In this document: in pieces, positions 24,816 to 37,860 of the stretch
Layout: each line of letters opens with the position of its first letter
How positions within the stretch are numbered: the first letter of the stretch is position 1
Source of the DNA: Callorhinchus milii
Taxonomy: Eukaryota
Assembly (NCBI RefSeq): GCF_018977255.1
Contig: NW_024704743.1
Location: 17,610,001-17,674,000 of the forward strand
Length of the DNA: 64,000 bases
Direction of reading: 5' to 3'
Notes under the pieces: generated by a model
Told to the model about the DNA's origin: nothing
The model's database searches: none
What the model saw: only the letters and a program-made list of their open reading frames with translations
Position numbers and translations under genes: made by a program

Positions 24816-25075
24816 ACCTCCAGAAAAAGTATATATTAGACACACGTTTGTGTTCACCCGACTTAAGTTCTAAAAGAAACACTTTGTGTTTTGTCACCCA
24901 TAATGTAGAAAATATAAATTATTTGAGAAGTTTTTGATGAAAAGAGATTTTTGTTGAACGAATACAAGTAACAATATGAATTGTACTTAAAAGATTTTTC
25001 TGCATGTTATTACTCAGGCAGAATCTGTTCCTCGGTTTTAGTTCCAAATATATAAATTTCATCTAAATATTTGAT

Positions 25076-25447
25076 AATAATCCTTGCATTTGATTTGTAC
25101 CTATTATGTTGAAATGTTTCAAAGCACTTCACAGGTAATTGCTGTCAAATCTGGTGACCATGTATTTCTGGGCAAATGCATCACACAGCAATATGGTTAT
25201 GAAGTGAATGATTAATTACCAGGAGTATTATTGTTCAGGACGCTGGCAAAAACTCTTCTTCTTTTGAATAGTGTCATTCGCCGAATTAAACAGATGGGAC
25301 CACAAATCAACTTCTTAACCGAAGGAAAGCACCTTTGACATTGCAGCACTTCACTGGAATGTTAACCTTAGCTATGAGTTTAAGTGCCCAAGTAGAAATC
25401 TATGACCCAGTGGCAAGATTATCAACAACTGAGCTAAGCTGCCACCT
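25076..25447 (-). mobile_element. Deu-domain SINE, decayed
   Basis: Tail ATAATAATCCTTGCATTTGA and head end AACTGAGCTAAGCTGCCACC. Confidence 0.7.
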
Positions 25448-26186
25448 GATATGTTTTATTTAAAAGTACAATCAAACCTGTTTTCAATAACCACTGAGGG
25501 ACTGGGCCAAAATGGCCTTTAAGAAAGGTTGGCCTCTGAGTAAGGGTTTGTCGGTGTATGTAGAATTTCTGAGTCTACAGAAAAATAATGCATAAATTAA
25601 ATTTTAATAAATTACAGATTGCAAATAATTACAAATAAATTACAATCACTCACTGTTCTTTACTGTTTGCTGAAGAAATCCGTAATCGTTTTCTGACTGA
25701 GTTTCTCAGAAAGCTTGACCTCTGAAAAGAGTGTCGGCACAAAGGCACAGGGTGTAGATGGGGTAACAAAGAGTGACTTCTGTTTGCCTTAGACAGGTGG
25801 TTGCTGAATAGAGGTGGTTTATTATACAAAATCTGTCTGTACTGTTCCAGGGTGGTTAACAGGGGGTGATTGCTCAATGGAGGTAGCTGCTTGAACAGGT
25901 TGGAGACTAATTAGATTGTGAATATGCAATTATGGATAGTTTATGTATCACTGAATGGCTAAATTATATTGTGGCATTTAAATATAGCCCAATCCATATC
26001 TTTACACATTTTTAAAACAATTTGGTGCCATGTTTTCCCCTCACCCCTTTTTCTCCTGAAAGCAGTAACATATGCTGGGAGACAGTTCAACAGCAGCAGT
26101 GCTCATTCGAGCACCTTACACTCTACCGTCCCTCCAATCTTTCCCTCAAAATTCTCCTAATTTATCGCCCCCCCCCAAAACCTCCA

Positions 26187-26384
26187 GAGTTCCAGAGCCT
26201 AGGGGCTGAGAGGCTGAAGGCCCGGCCACTGATGGTAGGGCGGTTGGGGCGGGGATGTGGAGCAGACCGGAGCCAGAGGAACGGAGGGTACGGGCAGGTA
26301 AATAGGGGGATAGTAGGTCGGAGAGGTAGGAGGGAGCAAGGCCGTGAATGGCCTTGTAGGTGAGGATGAGGATCTTGAATTCGA
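26187..26384 (-). mobile_element. Tailless inverted L2A fragment inside the long L2
   Basis: Reverse complement is near-identical to 24003-24200 (FKILILTYKAIHGLAPSYLSDLLSPYLPARTLRSSGSGLLHIP). Confidence 0.9.
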
Positions 26385-26787
26385 ACTGAACCACCACCAA
26401 ACCCACCTCCATCTCCTACCACCCCTGGAAAGAAATCTCCCCGCAATCCCTCTCCGCTGCGCTGAAGTCATCTGAACTCCTCCCCTTTTGGCCTACTTCC
26501 TGCACTGAATTATCCTCCTCGCTCACTCTCCTCCACAACTCCCTCTCCACCACTCTTGATGCCCTTGCCCCCCAAACCTCCCGAACCGCCTCCTAATCAC
26601 TAACTGCACCCTGGTACACCAACTACCTCCACTCCCTCAATGGTCAAGGGCGGGCTGCCTAACACACTTGGCTCAAGTCTGACCTAACGGTCCACTGGCA
26701 GATCTGGCTGGACCACATCAAAACGTACTACACCACCCTCCCGAATGGCCAAATCATCCTTCTATTCCAAGATAGTCTTATTGTTAC

Positions 26788-27038
26788 AATAATAATAATC
26801 CTTGCATTGGATAAAGCGCTTTTCACATCTTCTAGATGCCTCAAAGTGCTTCACAGAATATACTGTAAAGTGAGTTGACTATATATCTTGTGGGCGAAAT
26901 ATGGCAGCCAATTGCGCACAGCAGTGTCACACAAACAGTCGTGGATTGAAGTGACCAATGTATTATTTTTTTCTTGTGCGATTATTATTAGGCGTGTGGA
27001 GTAAGGAAACTTGCCCTAACCACTGAGCTACAAGACTT
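26788..27038 (-). mobile_element. SINE family A short subfamily with a head deletion, nested in L2
   Basis: (AAT)n tail and body. GAAACTTGCCC is joined directly to TAACCACTGAGCTAC. Confidence 0.88.
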
Positions 27039-30000
27039 CCCCAATCTTGGAGGTGAAGGACAACCCCAGACTCCTGTTCCCCACCACCGGCTCCTCCGTC
27101 CACCCTCCCACGCCTCGCCCATTCTCTCCTCAAGCACTGACTGAGGAGATGCTGGATTTCTTCAAGTCCTAAATTGAGGGGATCCGTTCAGCTGTTTCCG
27201 CCCTCCCATCCGCCCCCACCTCCCCACCACACTCCGACCCCTACTCATCCCTCCCTCCACATTTTCAAACCTGTCTCCCCCTCCTCTCTCATCACCACCA
27301 TATCCAGCATGAAACAGACCACCTGCTCCCTTGACCCCATCGCCACCCCTATCCTTACCTCCCAGCTCCAATTTCCTCGCTCCTCTACTCTCTTTCCGTT
27401 TCATCTGGCACTGTTCCCATCCCACTAAAAACACCTACAATCACCCCCATCCTGAAAAAACCTTCACTGGACACATTCCTGCCTTCTAACCACTGGCCCA
27501 TCTCCAACCTTCCTTTTCTTTCCAAGGTCCTTGAAAGAGTCATTGCATCCCAGCTTCGCTCATTCCTCTCCTACCACTCCCTTCGCGAGCCCCTCCAATC
27601 GGGTTCCCGTGCTGCTCAAAAAATGGAAACTGCTCTGGTCAAGGTGACAAACGACATCCTGTCCATTTGTGATCAGAGCTCCCTCTGCCTCCTCATCCTC
27701 CTCAACTTCTCTGCTGCCTTCGATACCATGGACCAGTCAGTCCTCCACAGCATTGCCTCTCACCTCAACCTTCAAAGTTCTGTCCTTGAATAATTCAGAT
27801 CTTATTTCTCACACTGTCTCTAATTTGTCTCTGCCAACGGTTTCTCTTCCAGCCTCCACACAATCTCGTGTGGTGTTCCTCTGGATTCTGTCCTCGGTCC
27901 CCTCCTCTTCAACTTCTACATGCCCCCTTGGTGACATCATCCACAGACAACTTCCATATGTATTCGTTTGACACCAAACTCTATCTCTCTGCCTCCACCC
28001 TCGACTCCAGGACATCCTGGAGTTGAGGGTGACGTCCTGACTTTCTACAACTGAATGTCAGCAAGACTGAGGCCTTCCTGGTTGGCTTGCACCAGTGCCT
28101 CAGCACCTCAGGCACTGGCAGCATCAGCATCCACGGTTGCACACTCCACCTCACCAAACCAGTCAGGAACCAGGGCATCTTGTTCGACCCTCAACTATCC
28201 TTTCTCCCCCGTATCCGTGCCATGACCCGCTCATACACGCAGTTGTCACCTTAAGGCTCGACTACGGAAACTCCCTTCTTGTCGGACTCCCCAACTCTTC
28301 CCTCCACAAACTGCAGCTCGTGTCCTCTCCCATACCAGGCTCCATGACCCCATCAACCCAGCCCTCGCCCGGCTCCACTGGCTCCCCATCCATCAGAGGA
28401 TAGAATTCAAAATCCTCGTCCTCACTTTCAAGGCCCTCCATGGCCTTGTCCCCTCCTACATCTCTGACCTGCTGACTCCCTATCAACCTGTCCACTCCCT
28501 CCGCTCAGCGGGACCCGCCCAACCTGCCCTACCATCGGTGGCCGGGCTTTCAGCCTTTCTGCCCCCACTCTTTGGAACTCATCAATCCCTTCGCCTTGCT
28601 CCCTCTCGCCTCCTTCAAGGCACGACTCAAGACCGTCCTTTTGGACTGTGCCTTCAGCCACTCTCCTACCCCCTCTGCCCTTCCTCATCCCAACCCACAC
28701 TTGGGTCCTGATCCCTGGCTGTCCAGCGCCTTGGGACGTCCTCCCGCCGTGAAAGGCGCTTTACAAATGTAATTTTGTTGTTGTTGTTGCTCACCACTAC
28801 CTGATCCAAGTTGTGGGGCTTTTCATGTTAGGGTTTCTTGCTACTCAATTTTGAATCACTTTTTATGCAGTTGATATGGAAACCGTAGGGGTTACCAATT
28901 GATTTAGACCAATGTCACTTTTGAAATGTGCAGGTTTTACTTCACTTTATGTTATTGTTATTTATTTGTTATGTTATATGTTATTGCTCAAGTGCAGAGA
29001 CTGCAGAGCATCATACATTCTCTTCCTCCTCCCTGCGTCCACACTTTAATTAAATAAAAATCCACTGCATCATCTCCTCTTCCTTCTCTCTCAGGACATC
29101 AAACCTTGTCCTCCATCCTAACATTCTTAAGCTTAGCAGTGCACTGTACTATAGTTTCTCTATAAAAAAGAAATCCTCTGTTTTTGTGTTCTAGATTTGT
29201 AATTTATTTGGTTTCTGTAGTCTTAAAGCCCTTCTGAATTTCTGTGCACAATGATCATTAAGGACAGAATCTTGCTCATGCTAACTGTACAAGGATAAAA
29301 ATCAAGCTGTAAATGAAACTTAACCTGCTACAAGATGTTGGTATCAAATTACCTGAAATATATCTCCTGTCGAGGGTACCTTTGGGGAAAATATTTGACA
29401 ACAAATAAAAGCATGTGATTTTTGTTAAGAAAATCGGAATATAATGATACAAGAAATATTTAACAAGTATGTTTTGAAGATTTAATTATATGTTGGTCTC
29501 ATATTCAGAGTGGAGTTGAAATTATTCTGGAATAAATTCTGCTCTGTGTAAATCTGAATTCTTATCAATTCAGAATGCAACATCATGCGCTCATTAAATT
29601 AGGCTCCAATATAGTGGAAGAAATCCAGCTCCTTCACTCCAGCTAAGCATTGTAAAATATTCACGATTCTGCCGCAGTGCATACCATGCTATAGATCATT
29701 ATGCAGTCTCTTTAGAAGAAGCTAGCCTAGCCATTTTACTTACAGCCTGAACACTGTATGTTTTTTTCCAGTTTACATTGTGATTTATTTTCCATTCAGG
29801 TGTTTAAAGCATGAAGATTTCTTAACATTCTTTCATAAGGAAGATTGTAGGTTTAAAAAAAGAAGTGCGAAGAACATTGTTGTTTCCTACGCCGCCCTAT
29901 GGTGCTTATAAGTATCCCGTTATAAAGATGCAACAAAAAGATATCTGTTTAAATAATATGCGTATGATAGAACCCTATCGAGATTGTGGTTTGTGCTTGC

Positions 30001-30366
30001 TACAGTGCAGATTTTTCTAGTATGTTCTGTTTTAGTTTATAGTCTGGTCAGGATCAAGCTTCCTATTTAGATTTTAAGAAAACAATCATCAAAAACAATG
30101 GTTGCATTAGTGTAATGAACAGTATGGCAGACTCAGTTCATGGAGCAGGCAGGAACAGCCTGATAGTAAAAGCTTCTCTGAATGCCACTGGGGAACAATT
30201 CCTGATGTATATGCTCTGTAACAGGAATAACTGACTCAGCATTTTTGCAATAGTAACTGCTGGAGTTTGTATATTTTTTAGCATTAGCAAAATATATGTA
30301 TGAAATGACAGATTTGCTGAGGTCATAATATAAGTATTATTGATTAAAACAGTAGTCAACATTCTA

Positions 30367-30735
30367 CAACAACAACTTGCATTTATATAACGCCCCTCAC
30401 GCAGGGCAGGGTCCCAAAGCACTTGACAGTAGTGGAGCACGACACAGAGCTGGGGGTGGGGGGGGGGTGGTGGCATGGTCAAGTAGGAAGGTCTTCAGCC
30501 ATGACTTGTAAATGGGGAAGGAAGGGGCAAGGCGGAGGGATAGAGGAAGAGAGTTCCAGAGTTTCAGGTCGTATTGGCTGAAAGTGCAGCCGCCAATGGT
30601 GGAACGGTGCGTACGAGGAACATGCAGAAAGCTGGAGCCAGTCTAGCCGAGGCCTTGGGTTGTGGATTGGGGGGTAAGCAGGTTGGAGAGGTAGGGAGGT
30701 GCCAAGGCATGAAGGGATTTGAAAACGAGTGTGAG
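30367..30735 (-). mobile_element. L2 3' fragment
   Basis: (CAA)n tail and decayed ORF2 C-terminus. Confidence 0.8.
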
Positions 30736-30847
30736 GCAGCGGACACTAAAGAGGATGACTGACCTCCAGTGTTTGAGGGATGATCACTGACTATCAATGA
30801 GATATGCTAGACCTCTTCAGCTTTATAATAATGCTACAACTAATATT

Positions 30848-31227
30848 AATAATCCTTGAATTTGATATAACCCCTTATCACGTTGTTGAGACATCTCAAA
30901 ACTCTTCACAGGATATTCCGTAAAGTGAAATGACTGTATATTTTGTGGGTGAAACGCAGCAGCGAATTGTGTACAGCAGTGTCCCACAAGCAGTCGTGGA
31001 GTGAATTGTTGGCAGGACACTGGATAGAATCTCCTCTTTTTGAAGGGATTATTACCCCTGAAAGGCGATCCACCAATCAAATAACAACCGGGTTCATATT
31101 TACTCCTAGGCAAACAGAGGCTTGTGGAGCAGGGAAACTTGCCTAGGATTTCACCCTGCCCAGGAATGGAACCCAGGTCTTCTCGCATTCGAGGCAAGTG
31201 CTCTAACCAATACACTACAGGATTCCA
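30848..31227 (-). mobile_element. SINE family A, full length (TAGTGTAGTGG-type head)
   Basis: Tail, central domain and head CCAATACACTACAGGATTCC. Confidence 0.88.
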
Positions 31228-31568
31228 AAAGAAACATTGAAAAGGAACTTTAGAAGAGGACCTCATAGAAGTATATAAGAGAAAGTAAACCCAAAACGAA
31301 ACTTTTACATAAGCCGAGGCAGCAGAAAAAGAGGGTTCAGGATTGTAAGAGGCAATAGTAGAACTGACACCAGGTAAAGGATAATTAATGACTGAAACAG
31401 GCTACCAGGAAAGTTGGTTGAGACTGTGTGATGCTGAACTCACTTGAGAAACAACATGATGCTGTAACAGGAGGGGTGAAGGGTTTCTTCATCCTAACTT
31501 CTTTTGTGCTCCTGTGGTAAGTCTTTTGAATGTACAGAAATAGAGCCATGATGAGGAGAATATCATCC

Positions 31569-31933
31569 GTAGAGTCCTGTAGCTCAGTGGTTAGAGCATT
31601 CGCCTCGCAAGTGAGAGACCTGGCTTTGATTCCCGGCATGGCGAAATGCTGAGCAAGTTTCCTTACTCCACACACCTCTGTTTACCTAGCAGTAAGTAGG
31701 AACTCAGTTGTTAGTCAATTAGCGCATCACTTTTCCGGGGATAATAATCCCTCAAGAAAAAAAGAAATTTGGTCAATCAATCCACAACTGTTTGTCGGAC
31801 ACTGCTGTGCACAATTGGCTGCTGCATTTCACCCACAACTATACAGTGAGTTCACTTTACAGTATATTCTGTGAAGCGCTTTGAGACGTCTAGAAGACTT
31901 AAAAAGTGCTATATCAAATGCAAGGATTATTAT
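31569..31933 (+). mobile_element. SINE family A, full length
   Basis: Complete head, central domain, body and tail. Confidence 0.92.
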
Positions 31934-31961
31934 ATCTGCACTATTACTAATGACTGCCTTA

Positions 31962-32770
31962 AACAACAAATTTACATTTACGTGGCACGTTTCATGTCGG
32001 GAAGACATCTCAAAGTGCTTTACTTGTCCGACTGAGAACCCAAGCTCAAGGTGGAGGAGCTGAAAAACAGAGGCAAAGAGAATTCTGTCAGGTGGGTTTT
32101 CAAGGTAGAGGCAAAGGTGACCCTGGGATGGATTTCCAAAGATGACTGCAGATGGCTGAAAGCTCATCTATCGATGTTGGGTAGAACCGGTGGGGACGTG
32201 GTTTGCTGACAGGAGGGAGCAGCAGGATTGCTACTGTTACATAGATAAGATAGGGTGAGGCCTTGAATGTATTTGAAAGTGAGGCAAGGATATTGATTTT
32301 GATCCAGTGGGGAATGAGGTGCCAGGGAGCCTAGCAAAAGTGGTCGTGATGGGCTCACAGAACCGGTGTAGGAGAGGATAGGGCTACAGGGTCTCAGTAG
32401 CCCAGGGTGCGAGGTAATGGTGGAGGCAGGGAATGTTGCAGAAGTAAAGGAAAGGGAAAATAGTGAGAGCCTGGATGTGTGGTTTCAAGGATACTTGGGG
32501 ATCGAATACGACACCAAGTTTCTACACTGGCTTCATGAGGTGGATTTAGCACCAGTGCACATCAATGCAGTCAGTGCCTGAAATGAGAAGACACTGATGG
32601 GAGCCAAGGATGAGAGCTTCAGGCTTGTCAGTATTGAACTGTAGGAAACTAGAACTCATCCAGGACTTGCTGTCTGACAGGCAATTGATCTGAATAGTAG
32701 AAATCCTAGAATCAAGAGTTACGACACAGATAGACAGAACTGGATGTCATCCACTTCAAAGTGGAAGCTG
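31962..32770 (-). mobile_element. Old L2 relic (RT to tail, with deletions)
   Basis: Tail caacaaatttacattta..gacatctcaaagtgc. Further in, remnants of SFHF..DDIQFC and LGVVFDP on the minus strand. Confidence 0.65.
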
Positions 32771-33597
32771 AAAAGTCTGTAAAAATGATTAACATAGCAA
32801 TTGTGTATGGAACATTAAAACACTTTGGAGTCAATTCTCCAAATACCCATACATTTACCAACCTTGATTAATGAGCACATCTTCATCTCTGCTATTTGGT
32901 AGATATACTGATCCTTGGTGGTATGACCTTGTAATGGATTTTCCCATTATAAACTCACACTGCCAAGGTCAGGAAATCTACAAACCAGCGGAAAATTAGA
33001 TGTGAAAATTACACATCAAGGCTGTTAAATATACAGTCAATACACTTGACGGTGAAATCCTGTGAAGCTTTTTGAGACAACAACAAATTACATTTGTATA
33101 GCTCCTTTCATGTTGGGAGGATGTCCCAAGACGCACATATGTCTTATCACGTCATCGAGATGCTGTATCAAATGTAAGGATTATTTTTATTTTAGATTTA
33201 CTATCAATTGGAGAATTGTCCCCTTTGGCTCTACTTATAAATTAATTGCATGTATTTACTTCTGTGTTGTAAATATTTATTTTCTGCAATTTGCTCACAT
33301 TAACTTACAGTAACTTGTCTTATGCCATCTTAAGCCAAAGCGCTTTGCAATGTCTCAACGACATGATACAATGCTATATCAAATGCAAGGATTAGTATTA
33401 TTATATTGTATGCATCGAAGCGCTTTGAGATGTCTCGAAGAAGTGATGAGGTGCTGTATCAAATGCAAGGATTATTATTAATATCACCTGATTTGCCTCA
33501 TACAGAGATGCAATATAGGTTCATGATACAAAGATGAATATTATGTTTAATAGCATTTTGTAACAAATTTGTTCATTGTTCTCCTCTATTTACATTC

Positions 33598-34020
33598 CAA
33601 CAACAACAACTTGCACTTACATAGTGCCCTCTACACAGAATAGCATCTCAGACCATTTAATCGTGGTGGATCCTGACTCCGAGCCTGGGGGGGTGGTGGG
33701 GAGATAGCCGTAAGCATGGTCAAAGAGGAAAGTTTTCAGGCGGGACTTGAAAAATAAAGGGAGAGGGGACAAGGCGGAGGGATTGAGGGAAAGTGTTCCA
33801 GAGTTTTGGGGCGTAGTGGCTGAAAGCGCGACTTCCAGTGGTGGGGCGGAGGGTGCGAGGGACGAGCAGGAGACCGGTGCCAATCAATCGGAATGGGGAG
33901 TGAGGAGGGTGGAGAGGTAGGGAGGTGCCAGAGAGTGAAGGGGTTTGAACACGAGAGTGAGGATCTTGAAGTCAATCCGCTCAGTGATGGGGAGCCAGTG
34001 AAGCCTGGCCAGAACTGGTG
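33598..34020 (-). mobile_element. L2 (tail type B) 3' fragment
   Basis: SPVLARLHWLPITERIDFKILTLVFKPLHSLAPPYLS..FKSRLKTFLFDHAYG. The tail matches 8500-8568. Confidence 0.9.
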
Positions 34021-35819
34021 AAGACTTTTTTAAAAAAATATATAGTTTGCATTCGAAAGCATTAGTCTTTAAATTAATGCTCAGAGACCGTGCTTGATAC
34101 GAAGGCATACATTTATAACTTTTTTTTAATGTATTCATTAGCTTCAGAGAAAATGTAGCTACATGCCAAGCAATGGATGATTTCTCCAAAAAGAACCCAT
34201 TGTGAAATCTCAGAAGTACAATATCTCAGGCAATTTTGAGGAAAAGAGGAGATGAAATTTACAAGATGTGGAGAACCCCAGAAGAAAGGGCATATCTGAG
34301 CATGAACAGGCTCAGGGAAGAGGATGCATTTGCTCAATGAATTTTTACAGTATGTTTCCCAAAGGCAGAGGTTATGCGAGGAGCAAGTTGCAAGATCTGA
34401 AGGGACATATCAGTCACAGCTCTGAGGTAATTTACCCCTGAACCACACAGCTCATACCCAGAGGTGGGATAATATTATAATAATAATCCTTGTATTTGAT
34501 ATAGTGCCTGATCACGATTTCAAGGCGTCTCAAAGCGCCACACAGAATACACCGTAAAGTGGATTGACAATTTTTTGTAGGCGAACCGTGGCAGCCAATT
34601 ATGTGCAGCAGTGTTCCATAAACAGTCGTGGATTAATTATTATTTTAAAAAACTTAGACGGAGAATGCTGGAAGACTTAGGTGCTGAAAATGTAAAATGT
34701 GGTACTTTGCCTGTTTTACAAGAGCTAAACAATGGCATTATCTCACTGATACATTATGCAGGTAGGTTAGGCTGAGTTAGCCAAGGGCACTGATTGTATT
34801 CTTCCACTTGGATCAGTTGTCTGCAACCAGTCATCTCCACACAGATCAGGGACGATGCCATTCAGAATTCCTTTCAGTTGCTGACACAGTCAAGTTGGAT
34901 CGAAGAGTCAGCCTTGAGTGGCCTTTTGGCTGCAGTTTAGCATTTTGGTTTGCATAACACATTATTCGGTGCTTTTTCTGCACAGGTTTGAGGATGGCAG
35001 CAATATTAAATCGACAATAAATTGATTTCCTGTCATACCAAGGGTCACTCTGGAAAGCAATGGAAGCAAAAAGCTGAAGTTATTTGCAAGGTTCTTTATC
35101 TTGCACATTTCCAAAGACCATCTAATTGACTCAATGGCAGGAAAATAAAGATGGCTGCCCTGCACCATTCCTCAGTTCTTCTTATAAAGTGCTAATTATC
35201 TGGAATTAAAGTGTTAGTTGAGTTTGTCTATGAAGGTATCTGGGCCATTGTGAGCTATAGTTATAGTTGAAGAAAGTAGTCATGAATTCATGAGAACTGC
35301 AAAACATATAAGTATCAAGTGATAATGATTGTTTTGGTGATTCTTTCATGATAAAATTAGATTTGGTTTCAGAACATAATCAGTTCTGTGGAAAAATACC
35401 AAGTTTTAAAATGCTCCAAATGCCATTAATGCCTATTCTGTTAACAAATTTACAACAACAACTTGCACTTATATAGTGCCCTCCACACAGGGTAGCGTCT
35501 CATAGAGCTTAATCTGTGTTTCATGATTGATCACCTATTTCCTGACATGCCAAGGGTTACTTGGCTAACTTTGGTATTTTGTTCAAAACAGTTCTGCTTC
35601 AAACCATATATCTGGTTCCAGATCAATGTTTCGTACATCTCCAGAACATTGATTGCCTATGTGTCAATTTCACCCCTTCGCAGGGGTCTCAATCTCATCG
35701 TACCCTTAAGTGTTTTGACTTCTCCATCACTCTACTTACCAGCCTCCATAGCTCTACTGTCCACAACTGCTTATATTCTCTGCAAGAATACACTCCTTAT
35801 ATCCATTATTTCCCATCTT

Positions 35820-35870
35820 CTCCGAGCTCAGTCACTGAGTCTCCGAGCTCAGTCACTGAGTCTCAGTCAC
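35820..35870. repeat. 21-bp tandem duplication plus a partial third unit
   Basis: CTCCGAGCTCAGTCACTGAGT twice, then CTCAGTCAC. Confidence 0.9.
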
Positions 35871-37377
35871 CCAGCAGATCAACTTTAAGATCCTCATTCT
35901 GACTCAGGTCTCTTCACAATCTCTCCTGATGCAAAATCCTCCAGCTTTATTTTTCTATATATACTCTACACTTTCATTTCTACTCTATGACTTGCTCCTT
36001 ACTGTCTCCAACCAACCAATGGTGGCTGAGCCTACGCTCTCTGGAATTTTCCCTCAAAATCCCTCAGTTTTGCTCCTTTTCTCCCTACTTTTAAATCCCT
36101 CAAATTATTTATTGGACTATGCATTTGGTGAACAATCTCAAATTTCCTTTCTCTTCTTTTTTGCTTGAAGCCACCAATAATCTTTGTTAAACACTTCAGA
36201 TGTTTATAATTTGTATTAAAAATGAAGGTTGTATAGCATTGATAACTGGAAACCCAACAAAAATGTAATTCTTAGTGATTAAAGCTTAATTTGGAAACCT
36301 GTTTTTCCTGATTCTTGAACTGGCTTTCAAATTAAGAGTAACTTTCCAAAGTTATTCACAGTGTTAATACTTAAGAAAATGGTCTTGAGACTGAGAACAT
36401 GAAAATTTCAGGTCTTTGATACTCTCTGGCACTTTTCACTTGTGGAACCACCTAAATTTAAATCACATTTAAATCACAGCATTTACCTGGTTCTTATTTA
36501 CTGTTGTAATTTGAATATAAATGTACTTGTTGCTGGTTGTGGTACGATCATTACTTATAATGATTCAAATAGAGATTCTTTGATTAGCAAGATGTATTCA
36601 TGTAGTACAGTAGAAGCTTATCATTATTGTGCAATTAAAATGCAACCACTTATTTTTAGCCTAGTTTTGTACAGTTTAAGCGCCCATTGCAGCAATTAAG
36701 AATGAACTAGTTCTGCTGCAGATTCCCTCTTCAGTCACCTTATTACTGCATCTGCTTCTTGCCATTCACATGTTCATTTCACCTCAAAACACAAATATAA
36801 GGTAAAATACAGTGATTCAGAAACATCTGAGTCAGCTCATCCCCACTTCTGAGTTGTGTAATTGCGGTGAAAAGATATTTTACTGCATAAATGTTCTGTT
36901 GTTAAAATAGGTTATATATTATTTACATCTGTCAATCTATCCAGGATCTTTCAGAACAAATCATCACAGGATTGTTTGTATATGGGTATAAAATATGCAT
37001 TCCTTATAATATGCACCTTTTCTATATTTTACGATTTCAAATGCTGAAATGATTTTAAATTAAAGCCACACTTGAAATGGAAAATAAGTTAATGGAATCT
37101 GATATATTATATATAGTGGTATACAAAGAATGTAAAATCAAATGGAGAATGTGATGCCTGGTATAAATAATTTGCTTGGCTGCTGTTGAAATGTTTGTCC
37201 AGTTTTGGACATTTCACTTTGGTAGGATGTCAGAGTCATAGAGAGGATTCAAAGGAGATTCACTGGGATAATACCGTGGATGAGAAGTATTGCTAATGAG
37301 GAAAGGTTAAGAGATACTGTGGCTATTTTCCTTACAACAGAGAAGGCTACGAAGAGATGAGATAGAGGTTATTAAAT

Positions 37378-37740
37378 AATATAATAATAACCCTTGCATT
37401 TGATATAGCACCTTATCACATTGTTGAGACGTATCTCAAAGCATTTAAAGAATATACTGTAAAGAGAATTGACTGTATATTTTGTGGGTGAAATGCGGCA
37501 GCCAATTGCACACAGCAGTGTCCCACAAACAGTTGTGGATTGAGTGACCACATTTTTTTTAAAGAAATTATTACCTTCGGAAATTGACTAACAACTGGGT
37601 TACTATTTATTTCTAGGTAAACAGAGGCGTGTGTGGAATAAGAAAACTTGTCTAAAGTTTCACCCTGTCTGGAAATTGAACCTGGGTCCTTTTTTGCCTT
37701 GCGAGGCGAGGCGAGCGTTCTCACCACTACACTACAGGAC
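37378..37740 (-). mobile_element. SINE family A, full length (TAGTGTAGTGG-type head)
   Basis: Tail through head end CACCACTACACTACAGGAC. Confidence 0.88.
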
Positions 37741-37825
37741 GGTGTCATAGATACATTTTGCCTCGTTTTCACTCCGTCCATTCATATTAAGATGGCACCC
37801 TGTACATGCCGTGAAAATGATGGTG

Positions 37826-37826
<1 letters not shown>

Positions 37827-37858
<32 letters not shown>
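37827..37858. repeat. (CA)n microsatellite
   Basis: Direct reading. Confidence 0.95.

Positions 37859-37860
<2 letters not shown>

Larger units (their letters stand above)
26100..28789 (+). mobile_element. Long L2 (tail type A) relic spanning endonuclease remnant, RT and tail, with two nested inserts
   Basis: SSFEHL..LLIYRPP (APE domain), APWYT, TCSLDPI, PISNLPFLSKVLE, ETALVKVTND, LDYGNSLL..LHKLQ, LHWLPI. The tail is GCGCCTTGGGACGTCCTCCCGCCGTGAAAGGCGC followed by (TTG)n. Confidence 0.92.
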
